64,000 nt of DNA from Planctomycetota bacterium (GCA_965223845.1 CBDCXR010000004.1:7008001-7072000); one strand, 5' to 3'; counted from the first letter of the stretch, positions 38,596 through 48,247 are shown. A program made the numbers and translations. The notes: generated from the sequence alone by a model not told the origin.

Positions 38596-40242
38596 TCAGC
38601 CCCGGCGCTGAACGACGACCATGGTCACGTCGTCCGACGGCTCCTCGGCCGCGCGGTGCACTTCCAGATCGGCGAGAGTTCGGTCGACGACGTCCTCGGG
38701 CGTGGCGCCGACCGTTTCCCGGAGCACGCCGAGAAATCGATCGTCGCCGTAGTCGCGTCCGTCGGTGTCTTTCGCCTCGACGACGCCGTCCGTATAGAGA
38801 ACGAGAGTGTCACCGGGGTCGAGCGAGAGTCGCTGCGTGCGAAGCTGGGCGCTGAAGAGCGCGCCGGTTCGGTCGACTCCGATTCCGATGCCGCCCGGCG
38901 AGAGCGCACGCAGCCTCTGGGTGGATCGTTCGAAGTAGTAGGGCGAGTTGTGGCCGCAGCGGACGAGCTCGATCGTGTGCCGGTCGCGATCGAGAACGGC
39001 GTAGGCGAGCGTGACGAACATGCCCGGGCGGAGATCCGGCGCCAGCGCGCGGTCGACGCGTTCGATCGTGCGCGCCGCCGACGGATCGCCGGTGGCGGCG
39101 AGGCGAAGCAAGCTCCGCGTCATCGTCATGACGAGCGCCGCCGGTACACCCTTCCCCGAGACATCGGCGACGACGATGCCGAGGCGTGCATCGTCGATCG
39201 GGATGAAGTCGTAATAGTCTCCGCCGACTTCTTTCGCCGACGCCGAATACCCCGCGATGTCGTAGCCGGCGACGGCGGGAACGGCATCCGGGAACAATCG
39301 GGTTTGGATCTCGGTCGCGAGGGAAAGCTCGCGCTCTCGCGCGCGCTGCTCGAACCGAAGCTGCTGCGCCTCCTTGAGTCCTCGCGTCATCACGTTGAAC
39401 GCGTGGGCGAGGTCACCCAGCTCGTCGGACGACGTCACCGGAGACTGGTGGTCGAGATCGCCTGCGCCGACGCGTCTCATGTCGCGAACGAGGGCGCGGA
39501 TCGGACGAGTGAGCCAGCGGGCGAGCAGGAGGACGGCAACCATCGCGAGAAGGCAGCCGCTGATCGACGCGACGATCATCGCGCGAGCGAGATCGCCGCG
39601 CGCACGGCTGATCTCGGCGGCGGAGACGTACACCTCGATCGTGCCGAGGCGGGGCGGCGGAGAACCGTCGTCCGCGACCCCGTCGTTCGCCGGTCCTGGT
39701 GAGCTCCGCGGTTCGAGGGTGCGCCGAAAGCTGCGGACCGCGATGCCCTCGTACTCGAACTCTTGGATCTCGACGCCGGCGTCGAGGGCCTCCCGCGTTT
39801 CGATCGATCGTCCGCGCGTCCGGATGAATCGCGATTCGCCTCTCGCGGTCGCGACGGCTTGGCCGGTTTCGTCGTAGGCGACGGCGTTCCGGACGCGTTC
39901 GAATCCGCGCCGACCGAGGAGGTCGCGGAGCTCGGTCTCGAGCCGTTCGGCTGGAAGCGAGCGTGGAATGAGCCGTCCGACCGCGGTGACGAGCTCGATG
40001 CCGCCCAAGTTGATCTGCTGTTCGAGAGTCGGCAGCGCCTTTCGGATGCTGACTTGCGTCTGCCAGCCCATGGCGAGAACGGTGAGAAGACCGATGAGGA
40101 GCGCGAACTTGAGTCCGATCGGAAAGCGGAGTCCGAATCCCCGTCCACCCGTTCGACCGGGTCGGCGACGCGTTCGCCGCTCGGAAGGCGCCGCGGAACT
40201 GCCGCCGGCGACGACTTGGCGGTTTCGGCTGCGTCGAGTCAC
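38596..40242 (-). CDS. Membrane HAMP-domain PP2C/SpoIIE phosphatase (RsbU-like)
   Basis: Two TMs, a HAMP domain (DELGDLAHAFNVM), VGGDYYD, ADVSGKG, LYTDGVVE, DDVT. Confidence 0.93.
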   Translation of the reverse strand: MTRRSRNRQVVAGGSSAAPSERRTRRRPGRTGGRGFGLRFPIGLKFALLIGLLTVLAMGWQTQVSIRKALPTLEQQINLGGIELVTAVGRLIPRSLPAERLETELRDLLGRRGFERVRNAVAYDETGQAVATARGESRFIRTRGRSIETREALDAGVEIQEFEYEGIAVRSFRRTLEPRSSPGPANDGVADDGSPPPRLGTIEVYVSAAEISRARGDLARAMIVASISGCLLAMVAVLLLARWLTRPIRALVRDMRRVGAGDLDHQSPVTSSDELGDLAHAFNVMTRGLKEAQQLRFEQRARERELSLATEIQTRLFPDAVPAVAGYDIAGYSASAKEVGGDYYDFIPIDDARLGIVVADVSGKGVPAALVMTMTRSLLRLAATGDPSAARTIERVDRALAPDLRPGMFVTLAYAVLDRDRHTIELVRCGHNSPYYFERSTQRLRALSPGGIGIGVDRTGALFSAQLRTQRLSLDPGDTLVLYTDGVVEAKDTDGRDYGDDRFLGVLRETVGATPEDVVDRTLADLEVHRAAEEPSDDVTMVVVQRRG

Positions 40243-40512
40243 GGCGCGTGGTCTCCGATCGCCGCCGGCGCCGATCCTCGCGCCTCGGCGAGTCTGTCGG
40301 TCGCGTGCATCGCGCAGGAACTCGTTCGTGGAGAAAGGTTCATCGACACTCGATCGTGGCGGGATGCGTTGGGAACGGTCTGCAGCGGCGGTCGACTCTC
40401 GGGGATTGCGCTGTCTCTTCGTACTCCGCCGCCTCGCTGACTTCGAGAGGAGATCGGCTGGCCCGGTCGCGCGAAATCCGTCCCTCCGCCTCGCAGCGGA
40501 GATGCTACCCGG

Positions 40513-41190
40513 TCACGACGCCGAGTCTTTGCCGCGAAGAAGTGTCCACGCTCGCTGAACGTAGCCGACGCTTGAGAGCACGGTGAAGACGAGTGTCAAC
40601 CAGAGGAAGCCGACGCAAACGAGCTCGCTGATCTCTGCCGTGCGCGTCGGCGCGGAATCATTCCCCGACTCTATGTTCGCGACGTGAAACAAAACGAGCG
40701 GAATCGTCGCACTTTGAAAGACCATTTTCAGCTTGCCGCTCATGGCGGCGCCGAACGGGACTCCGCGCGACTCGAGGAAACTGCGGAGCCCCGAGACGAG
40801 GAATTCGCGAAACATGATCACGACGGCGAACCAGGGGTCGATGAGGTGCGGCGCGACGCCGATGAGCATGACGAATCCACCGCAGATGACGATCTTGTCG
40901 GCGAAGGGATCCGCGATGCGCCCGAACGTCGAGACGAGCTTCCAGCGACGCGCGAGGAAGCCGTCGAGAAAATCCGTCACCACCGCCGTGACGAACAGGA
41001 CGAGTGAGACGTTCAGCCACAGCCGACGGTCGAGAGTCGAGTCGTTCGCCGAGAGGATCCCGAGCACGACGAAGAAGATCACCGAGAGAACGAGGCGCGC
41101 CATGGTGAGCTGGTTCGGAAGATTCCAAATCGCTCGGTCGGCCGGTTCGCTCCGGGAATCGACGGTCGATCGGGGTGGGGCGTCAGCCAT
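40513..41190 (-). CDS. pgsA: CDP-diacylglycerol--glycerol-3-phosphate 3-phosphatidyltransferase
   Basis: NLPNQLT…TDFLDGFLAR…FGRIADPFADK…REFLVSGLR…GKLKM. Confidence 0.93.
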   Translation of the reverse strand: MADAPPRSTVDSRSEPADRAIWNLPNQLTMARLVLSVIFFVVLGILSANDSTLDRRLWLNVSLVLFVTAVVTDFLDGFLARRWKLVSTFGRIADPFADKIVICGGFVMLIGVAPHLIDPWFAVVIMFREFLVSGLRSFLESRGVPFGAAMSGKLKMVFQSATIPLVLFHVANIESGNDSAPTRTAEISELVCVGFLWLTLVFTVLSSVGYVQRAWTLLRGKDSAS

Positions 41191-41480
41191 GGTTCGGTTG
41201 GGAATCCCGGTGGCAGAGTCGAACGCTCGACGGGTGAAAGTAGGCTTGGGAGTCGCGGTAGAGCGGGTTCGAAATCGGAAAACGAGACGCGTCGAACGAC
41301 GCGAAACGCACTGCAGGCGATTCTGGAGGAATCGGCGAGGTATTGCGACAACGAGGAAGCCCGAGAGAACCGTTTTCCGGCCGAATCCGATGTCTCGCGC
41401 AGGTTCCTGGTTTCAGATTCGTCTGTTTCGCCAGAGGTTCCATCGATGGGGCGAGGACGCGAGCCGAAGGCGAGCTCGCC

Positions 41481-41846
41481 TTATTCGCGATCCTCCGGAG
41501 CTTTCGCGTTCGTCTTGAGCGCCCGATGAAGGTTGAGTGATTTCCAGTCGGCGTTGTCGACGACTACGTTGAGGTCGCTGACGATCCCGGTCGCGAGTCC
41601 GCCGACTATGCCGACGGCCGAATTCGCAACGACGACGATCGGAATCGCAACGATGGCGGTCGGGATCAGCGCGGCGGGGGGGATGTCGTTGTGGTCCTCT
41701 TCGTCATCGTCGCTCGAATTGACGGCTTTCTTGAGGTTCTGGTAGGGGTGAGTCACCGCGCAGACGAGCGGTTTTACGATGGTGCAGCCCGTGGTCGAGG
41801 TGACGAGGGCGCCCGCGAAGGCGAGCAGAAGCAATGTTCTCGACAT
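41481..41846 (-). CDS. Small hypothetical lipoprotein with an additional hydrophobic segment
   Basis: AGGAGG RBS; lipobox MSRTLLLLAFAGALVTSTTGC; Gly-rich hydrophobic stretch. Confidence 0.7.
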   Translation of the reverse strand: MSRTLLLLAFAGALVTSTTGCTIVKPLVCAVTHPYQNLKKAVNSSDDDEEDHNDIPPAALIPTAIVAIPIVVVANSAVGIVGGLATGIVSDLNVVVDNADWKSLNLHRALKTNAKAPEDRE

Positions 41847-41897
41847 GGATTCCCTCCTGGAGCGGTTCCGCTCGATTCGTATCGAGTTCACACCGAA

Positions 41898-43508
41898 TCA
41901 GTTCGCGCGGCGGCGCGGTGTGAGTGCGTCCGGCGGTCGCTGTCTTTCGACCGCGATGAGATCGTAGCCGTCGGTGCCGACGATCTCGACGGTCGCGAAC
42001 CGTCCGATCGAGTCTTCGGGTCGCTTGGCCTCCCAGCTCGGGATTCCCAGGATACCGTCGAGGCCAGGTGGGGGCCCGTCTTCCCGTGAGACCGGCGGCT
42101 CGATCGCGATGATCGGGTCGATCTCCGGCGCTTCGCCCGCGCTGCGGGAGCTGAGAACGCAGCGTCCCTCCGCGCTCCGATCGGGATCGACCCCGTCGAC
42201 GATCACCCTGACCGACTCGCCGACGCGCCCTGCGTTCTGGCGAAAGGCGTTCTCCTGCTGGACGAGCATCAACTCTTCGCGTCGCGACTCGCGGACGTCT
42301 TCCGGCACGGAGTCTGAAAACTCGGCTGACGGAGTACCTTCTTCCTCCGAGTACGTGAAGACTCCGACGCGCTCGAAGCCGAAGTCGCGAACGAAGTCGC
42401 GGAGCGTCACAAACTCTCTCTCGTCCTCTCCGGGAAACCCGACGATGAACGTCGTCCGAAGGAAAATGCCGGGGACACGCTCGCGCAGCCGATCGAGCAG
42501 GCGCCGCGTCTTCAGCTCCGTGAAGCGCCGTCCCATGTGTCGAAGAGTTCGCTCAGCGATGTGCTGAAGGGGCATGTCGAGATACTTCACGACCTTGTCG
42601 ATGCGGGCGATCGCATCGATCATTTCGTTCGTGAGGAACGCCGGGTACGCGTAGAGGATCCGGATCCACTCGACGCCTTCGATTCCAGCGAGTCGCTCGA
42701 GCAGCTCGGCGAGTGCGTAGCGGCCGTCGAGATCGGCGCCGTACGACGTCGTATCCTGAGCGACGAGTACGATCTCCTTGACGCCGGTCGACACGAGCTC
42801 GCGGACTTCGCGTTCGAGCGCGGGAATCGGCTTCGATCGAAAGCCGCCCCGAATCGCGGGGATCGAGCAGAACGTGCAGGGGTTGTCGCAGCCTTCGGAG
42901 ATCTTCACGTAGGCGTAGTGCCGTGGGGTGAGGCGGAATCGCCCGACCTCTTCGCTGCACGGCTCGTCCTGCGGTCGGACGCGGACGAAGGGCTCGGCTC
43001 GTTCCGGCGCTGCCGCGCCGTTCGTCGAAGTCGGTGAGCGACAGAGATCGCGCAGCGTAGATCCGATGTCGGAGTACTGTCCGAGACCGATGATCGCATC
43101 GACTTCCGGGAGATCTCGCCGGATGTCGTCGGGGTACCGCTGTCCGAGACAGCCCGTGACGACGACCTTCGGTCCGCCCGAAGCCTCCTTCCGCCCGCAG
43201 GCTTCGAGGATCGCGTCGATCGATTCCTCCTTCGCGCGATCGATGAAGCCGCAGGTGTTCACGACGATGACATCTGCGTCTTCCGGCGATGCCGTGATCG
43301 CGTGGCCGTCGGCGCCGAGGTTTCCGAGGATCACCTCCGAGTCGACGAGGTTCTTCGGGCAGCCGAGGCTGACGAGGTTGACGCGCAGCGGGTCATCGTT
43401 CGCGCGTCGGTCGGTCGCGAGCGCCTCGGCCTCGCGACTGGAGGCGGGCTCACTCGTTCGGTTCTTCGTCGTACTCGCGGTCGTCTTCCGCGACGGATCC
43501 GTCGTCAT
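41898..43508 (-). CDS. rimO: Ribosomal protein S12 methylthiotransferase
   Basis: SLGCPKNLVDSE, NTCGFI, radical SAM KISEGCDNPCTFC, QDTTSYG, and a TRAM domain (APEID). Confidence 0.95.
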   Translation of the reverse strand: MTTDPSRKTTASTTKNRTSEPASSREAEALATDRRANDDPLRVNLVSLGCPKNLVDSEVILGNLGADGHAITASPEDADVIVVNTCGFIDRAKEESIDAILEACGRKEASGGPKVVVTGCLGQRYPDDIRRDLPEVDAIIGLGQYSDIGSTLRDLCRSPTSTNGAAAPERAEPFVRVRPQDEPCSEEVGRFRLTPRHYAYVKISEGCDNPCTFCSIPAIRGGFRSKPIPALEREVRELVSTGVKEIVLVAQDTTSYGADLDGRYALAELLERLAGIEGVEWIRILYAYPAFLTNEMIDAIARIDKVVKYLDMPLQHIAERTLRHMGRRFTELKTRRLLDRLRERVPGIFLRTTFIVGFPGEDEREFVTLRDFVRDFGFERVGVFTYSEEEGTPSAEFSDSVPEDVRESRREELMLVQQENAFRQNAGRVGESVRVIVDGVDPDRSAEGRCVLSSRSAGEAPEIDPIIAIEPPVSREDGPPPGLDGILGIPSWEAKRPEDSIGRFATVEIVGTDGYDLIAVERQRPPDALTPRRRAN

Positions 43509-46149
43509 CGGTGTCGCCGGCGTCCTCGGAGGCGTCGTCCTCGCCCTCCTGCGTGCGCCCGTGTCGTGCCTTCGCTTGTTCCCACTCGTCGAGAGTGTAG
43601 TAGACCTCGCGGGCCTTACTCCCCTTGAAGGGACCCACCAAGCCGCGTTCGTGCATCAGCTCCATCAAGCGCGAGGCGCGGGTGTACCCGATCTGGAGCT
43701 GCCGCTGGAGGAGGGTGACCGAGCCGCGCCGCGACTCGAGCACGATGCGAACGGCGTCCTCGAAGAGCTCGTCTTCTTCGCACGCGTCTCCGGCACCCTC
43801 GACACCGAACCGCGTCAGCTCGGCGCTGAACTGCGGTTCCGCCTGTTGAACCGCGAATTCTACCACGTCCCGAATCTCCTTGTCAGAGATAAAAGTGCCT
43901 TGGACGCGCTTCAAAGCGGAGGTGCCGGGCGGAAGGAAGAGCATGTCTCCCTTCCCGAGAAGCTTCTCGCTTCCGTTCCGATCGAGGATCGTGCGGCTGT
44001 CGACCCGAGAGGCGACGTGGAAGGAGATTCGCGACGGCATGTTGGCCTTGATGAGTCCCGTGATCACGTCGACCGACGGGCGCTGCGTCGCGAGGATCAC
44101 GTGGATCCCGACCGCGCGCGATTTCTGCGACAGGCGCGTGATCGACGACTCGACTTCCTTCGACGCGGTCATCATGAGATCGGCGAGCTCATCGATGATC
44201 ACGACGATGAACGGGAGGCGTTCCGGCACCTGCTCGAGCTCGTCGGGAGAGAGTTTCTCCTTCATGCGTTCGTGGAGCTTCTCGCGGCCGAGAGAGTTGT
44301 AGCCGCTCAGGTGCCGCACGCCGGCGCCGGCGAGCAGCTCGTAGCGCTCCTCCATTTTGTCGACGAGCCAACCGAGAACGGACGGTGCCTTCTTCATGTC
44401 GGTGACGACGGGCGCGAGGAGGTGCGGGATGTTCTCGAATTGCGCGAGTTCGACCATCTTCGGATCGACGAGGATGAGCTTCACCTCGTCGGGGCTTCGC
44501 GTCATCAGGAGACTGATGATGACCGAGTTGATCGCGACAGATTTTCCCGAGCCGGTCGAGCCCGCGATGAGGAGATGGGGCATTTCGCCGAGGTCGCCGA
44601 TTTCGGCGTTTCCCGCGACGTCCTTTCCGAGCGCGAGCGGTAGCTTGAACTCTTCTTCGCGAATCTCGGGGCTCTCGAGCAACTCGCGGAGGCCCACGGT
44701 GCTGCGGCGCTTGTTCGGCACTTCGATGCCGACCGTCGACTTCCCGGGAATCGGCGCGACGATGCGCACACTCGGGGCTTTGAGCGCCATCGCGAGGTCG
44801 TCGGAGAGGTTGACGATCTTGTTCACCTTGATCCCGGCGGCGAGCGTGATCTCGTACTGAGTGATCGTCGGTCCTTTTTGCACCTCGACGACGCGGGCTT
44901 CGATCTTGAAGTGCCGCAGCGTTTCTTCGATCTTCGCCGCGATCTGTTCGAGGTGTGGGCGATCGAGATCATCCCCCGACGACTTGACGTCGTTCAGAAG
45001 GTCGAGAGGCGGAAGGCGGTAGGGGCCCGCTTGCCGCGGCCGGGGCGGCGGCTTCGCGGGGCGAGGCTGCGGAGCGGCCGCACGGATAACGAGCGGGGGG
45101 CGGTTGCCCTTCTTCTCCTCGTCGTTCGCGCTATCCTCCGCCTCTTCCTCGCCTTCTTCGTCTTCGTCCTCCGCCTCTTCCTCGTCTTCCTCGTCTTCGT
45201 AGACGTACTCGTACTCGTCGTCCTCGTCGCCGTCGTCCTCCTCGTCTTCGTAGACGTACTCGTACTCGTCGTCCTCGTCGCCGTCGCCCTCTTCGTCTTC
45301 GTAGACGTACTCGTACTCGTACTCGTCGTCCTCGATCCTGTCTTCGTCCTCGATCGTTTCGACGGCGGGCTCGTTCTCGTCCTTGGCGGGAGATTTCGAC
45401 TTCGATCGTGCGCCCGACTTCGCCACCGACTTTCCCGTCTTCGCCTCTTTCTTCTTCTCGTCGTTCTTCTTCTTCGTGCTCGTGCGTTTCGTTCCCCGAG
45501 TCGTCGCCGCGTTCTCGCCGACGATAACGCTCTTTCGGGGGAACTCGGGCCAGCGCACTCGCGGCACTCGAAGCCGCGATGCGGTCGATTTCATCTTCTC
45601 GCCCGCGGACTCCCAACGGCCGCGATCGAGGGCTGCCGCCCCCGCGCGCTGAAACACCGGGTAGAGGAGCGTGTCCGTCGAGATGACGAACGCGACGAGC
45701 ATCACGAAGGCGAGCAAGAGGTATCCGCCGACCGCGGACAATTGACCCAGCAGAAACTGGTGGATGAACTGCCCGTAGTAACCGCCGGGAAGCGTGCTCA
45801 GGCGCGGATCATCGTTGTAGATCGCGACTTCAAGAGCCGACAACGCGAGCGCCATCAACGCGACGCCGCAGAGTTTCCAGCCCCAATCGTCGATCGACCG
45901 GCGAAAGAGCGCTGCGGCGCCGACGAGGGCGATGCACGTCGAAAGGCCGAGCGCGGAGAGCTTCCCCACCCAGGCGATGAAATGAAAGCTGATGAACGCG
46001 CCGACCGGTCCGCACGCATTGTGCGTAGGCGAGGCGAGCCCCGGGGCGAGATAGTCCTCGGGCGCGTGCGTGAGGAGACAAATCCACAGAAACGCGGCGA
46101 GCGCGAGGAGGCAGAACGCGAGGATCTCGCGACGGGAGTCTTGTTGCAT
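43450..46149 (-). CDS. ftsK: DNA translocase FtsK
   Basis: N-terminal 4TM region (NACGPVGA), IAGSTGSGKS, IDELADLM, ATQRPSVDVITG, and gamma domain LQRQLQIGYTRASRL. Confidence 0.96.
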   Translation of the reverse strand: MQQDSRREILAFCLLALAAFLWICLLTHAPEDYLAPGLASPTHNACGPVGAFISFHFIAWVGKLSALGLSTCIALVGAAALFRRSIDDWGWKLCGVALMALALSALEVAIYNDDPRLSTLPGGYYGQFIHQFLLGQLSAVGGYLLLAFVMLVAFVISTDTLLYPVFQRAGAAALDRGRWESAGEKMKSTASRLRVPRVRWPEFPRKSVIVGENAATTRGTKRTSTKKKNDEKKKEAKTGKSVAKSGARSKSKSPAKDENEPAVETIEDEDRIEDDEYEYEYVYEDEEGDGDEDDEYEYVYEDEEDDGDEDDEYEYVYEDEEDEEEAEDEDEEGEEEAEDSANDEEKKGNRPPLVIRAAAPQPRPAKPPPRPRQAGPYRLPPLDLLNDVKSSGDDLDRPHLEQIAAKIEETLRHFKIEARVVEVQKGPTITQYEITLAAGIKVNKIVNLSDDLAMALKAPSVRIVAPIPGKSTVGIEVPNKRRSTVGLRELLESPEIREEEFKLPLALGKDVAGNAEIGDLGEMPHLLIAGSTGSGKSVAINSVIISLLMTRSPDEVKLILVDPKMVELAQFENIPHLLAPVVTDMKKAPSVLGWLVDKMEERYELLAGAGVRHLSGYNSLGREKLHERMKEKLSPDELEQVPERLPFIVVIIDELADLMMTASKEVESSITRLSQKSRAVGIHVILATQRPSVDVITGLIKANMPSRISFHVASRVDSRTILDRNGSEKLLGKGDMLFLPPGTSALKRVQGTFISDKEIRDVVEFAVQQAEPQFSAELTRFGVEGAGDACEEDELFEDAVRIVLESRRGSVTLLQRQLQIGYTRASRLMELMHERGLVGPFKGSKAREVYYTLDEWEQAKARHGRTQEGEDDASEDAGDTDDDGSVAEDDREYDEEPNE
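45190..45334. repeat. 51-bp tandem repeat (about 2.8 copies) in the ftsK linker
   Basis: Units start at 45190, 45241 and 45292 (ctcgtcttcgtagacgtactcgtactcgtcgtcctcgtcgccgtcg…); they encode DDEYEYVYEDEE(G/D)DGDE. Confidence 0.92.
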
Positions 46150-46314
46150 CTTCGGTCGAGTTCCCTCTGACACCAACGAGCGGGATTTCGCGGGCCCGTT
46201 TTTGGCGCGCGTTCCGAGCGCGTTCGGGCGAACGTCCCGCCGAGCCGGGCGCTGCCGGCATATCGGTTATCGGCAGTTCCGCGGTTCGCCTTGAGCGCCA
46301 AGCCGGGCGGCCGT

Positions 46315-46959
46315 TCAGCGATCGCGGAGGAGGGTCGCGACGCGGTCGAGGAGCCTAGAGGCGAGCTCGATCTTCGTGAGCCGGCCGAGTTCCTCTCGCG
46401 ATCCGTCGGCGCCGAGGAGCAGGTATCGACTCGCGTCGGCGCCGATCGCTCCCGGTGGGTTGGCGACGATGAGGTCGAGTTCCTTCGCCCGGAGCTTCCG
46501 CCGCGCGTTTTGTTCGAGATCGGTGCTCTCGAGCGCGAAGCCGACGTGGATGCGGGGCCCCTTCGATTTCGCGAGCGCGCCGAGAATGTCCTCCGTCGGC
46601 TCGAGCTCGAGCTGCCACCGGGTGCCGCTCTTTCGTTTGTCGCGCTCCACCCGCAGCGGCCGGAAGTCCGCTACTGCGGCCGCGCCGATGACGACGTCGG
46701 ATTCCGGGTGAAGCTCTCGACAACGATCGAGCATCTCCCTCGTCGTCGTGACGCCGTGCGATTCGGCGCCCCCCGGGATCTCGCCCTCGATGGGGCCGTG
46801 GACGAAGAGGACGCGCCAGCCTCGTTCGATCGCGGCGTCCGCGATGGCGATCCCTTGTCGTCCCGTCGACGCGTTCGAGAGGTATCGCACCGGATCGAGC
46901 GGCTCTCGAGTTGCGCCGGCAGTGAGAAGGAGAGTCGGCTTCCCGTCTCGTTCGGTCAC
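46315..46959 (-). CDS. coaB: Phosphopantothenate--cysteine ligase (stand-alone CoaB domain)
   Basis: TAGATREPLDPVRYLSNASTG, AAAVADFRP, VGFALES, LIVAN; GTG start without an obvious SD. Confidence 0.9.
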   Translation of the reverse strand: MTERDGKPTLLLTAGATREPLDPVRYLSNASTGRQGIAIADAAIERGWRVLFVHGPIEGEIPGGAESHGVTTTREMLDRCRELHPESDVVIGAAAVADFRPLRVERDKRKSGTRWQLELEPTEDILGALAKSKGPRIHVGFALESTDLEQNARRKLRAKELDLIVANPPGAIGADASRYLLLGADGSREELGRLTKIELASRLLDRVATLLRDR

Positions 46960-46998
46960 GACAGTGTTGCCGGGATCAAGTCGAGCCGCCGCCGTCGA

Positions 46999-47553
46999 TC
47001 ACGCATCGGAGCCGTCCGTCGCCGCGACCGCGCGATCGATGGCCGCGATCAGCGTGTCCGTATCCGCGAGCCGCCCCGGGCCGTACGCGCCGCACGCGAG
47101 GTGGCCGCTCGCCGGCTCGACAATACGGTAGTTCACGCGGCGAAGTCGGTCGAGATTCTCGGCGACGATCGGATGGTTCCACATCCGGTCGTTCATCGAC
47201 GGGGCGATGACGATCGGCGCGGTGCTCGCGAGGATCGTCGCGGTGAGAAGCTCGTCGCCGAAGCCCCCCGACAGCTTGGCGATGATGTCCGCGGTCGCCG
47301 GTGCGACGACGATCACGTCCGCCCATTCCGGAAGCGAAATGTGAACGGGGCGATGTTCTGCGTCGACGTCGAAGCCGCCCGTGTACGCCGGTTGCTGCGT
47401 GACCGCTTGAAACGTCAGCGGCCCGATGAACTCGCACGCGTGGGCGGTGAGGATCGTCCGCACCTCATCGCCGCGCTGCGTGAGCGTCGAGGCGAGTTCC
47501 GCGCTCTTGTACGCCGCGACGCCGGCGGCCACTCCGAGGACGATGCGAGCCAT
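46999..47553 (-). CDS. coaC: Phosphopantothenoylcysteine decarboxylase (stand-alone CoaC flavoprotein)
   Basis: IVLGVAAGVAAYK, HISL, APATADIIAK, APSMN, LACGAYGPGRL; GGAGG RBS. Confidence 0.92.
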   Translation of the reverse strand: MARIVLGVAAGVAAYKSAELASTLTQRGDEVRTILTAHACEFIGPLTFQAVTQQPAYTGGFDVDAEHRPVHISLPEWADVIVVAPATADIIAKLSGGFGDELLTATILASTAPIVIAPSMNDRMWNHPIVAENLDRLRRVNYRIVEPASGHLACGAYGPGRLADTDTLIAAIDRAVAATDGSDA

Positions 47554-47617
47554 GACGGTACACCACCTCCCGCAGTACCGGGAGACCGGACGGGTCGACC
47601 TCCCGCCCGCGGATCGG

Positions 47618-48007
47618 CTACTTCTTCGGATTGAGGAGCTGGGCGAGCTCCTTGATCCGCTGCTCCTTGATCTTCTTGATATCGGAGCCGTAGATTTCGC
47701 CGGCCGCCCCCTCTTCCGGTTCCTCCGGCGCGGGCTCGGTCGGTTCGACGATCGCCGTCGGCGGGGTGGATGCAACCTCGGCCGCGACGGGCGCCTCGAT
47801 CTCATCGCGCTCGACCAACTCGATCTTACCTTCCATGATCTCGTTGCACGCGATTCGGCGGAGATCGCCGTCGAGTTCGTCTTCGATCTCGATGAGCGGC
47901 GGCGCGCCGCGATTCAGCTCCACCATGCGCTTCTGAAGCAAGGACGCGAGAGCGAACTTCCCGCCCGCCTTCTCTACGAGAGCCTCTTCGAAGTCGATAT
48001 CGAGCAT
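47618..48007 (-). CDS. rpoZ: RNA polymerase omega subunit with C-terminal extension
   Basis: KAGGKFALASLLQKRMVELNRG…IACNEIMEGKI; position in gmk-rpoZ-coa synteny; GGAGG RBS. Confidence 0.88.
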   Translation of the reverse strand: MLDIDFEEALVEKAGGKFALASLLQKRMVELNRGAPPLIEIEDELDGDLRRIACNEIMEGKIELVERDEIEAPVAAEVASTPPTAIVEPTEPAPEEPEEGAAGEIYGSDIKKIKEQRIKELAQLLNPKK

Positions 48008-48247
48008 CGAGCGTGTGGCCTCCGCCTGCGTGTGACGTGTCGTGAGCGCTGAACCAACGGTAGCGACGGACCGGGACAGCGTGACCGCGCCGAGTTCACC
48101 GCGTCCGGCGCGGGTGTGAGCCCTGAACAAACGGGTTATTCTGCCTCAGTGAGCGCCCCCCCATCCACTGCCAATTCACGAAAAATCGATCATCTCGGCT
48201 CAGGGGGGCGGCCGGGTGCCCCGGCGTGTCTTCACCCTCGGGCTCTC

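Noticed and set aside
41190-41480. Intergenic GGGTTCGAAATC resembling a tRNA T-arm
   Set aside because: No acceptor, D or anticodon stems could be built.
45190-45334. Direct repeats as a possible CRISPR array
   Set aside because: They are head-to-tail with no unique spacers, in-frame within ftsK, and no cas genes are present.
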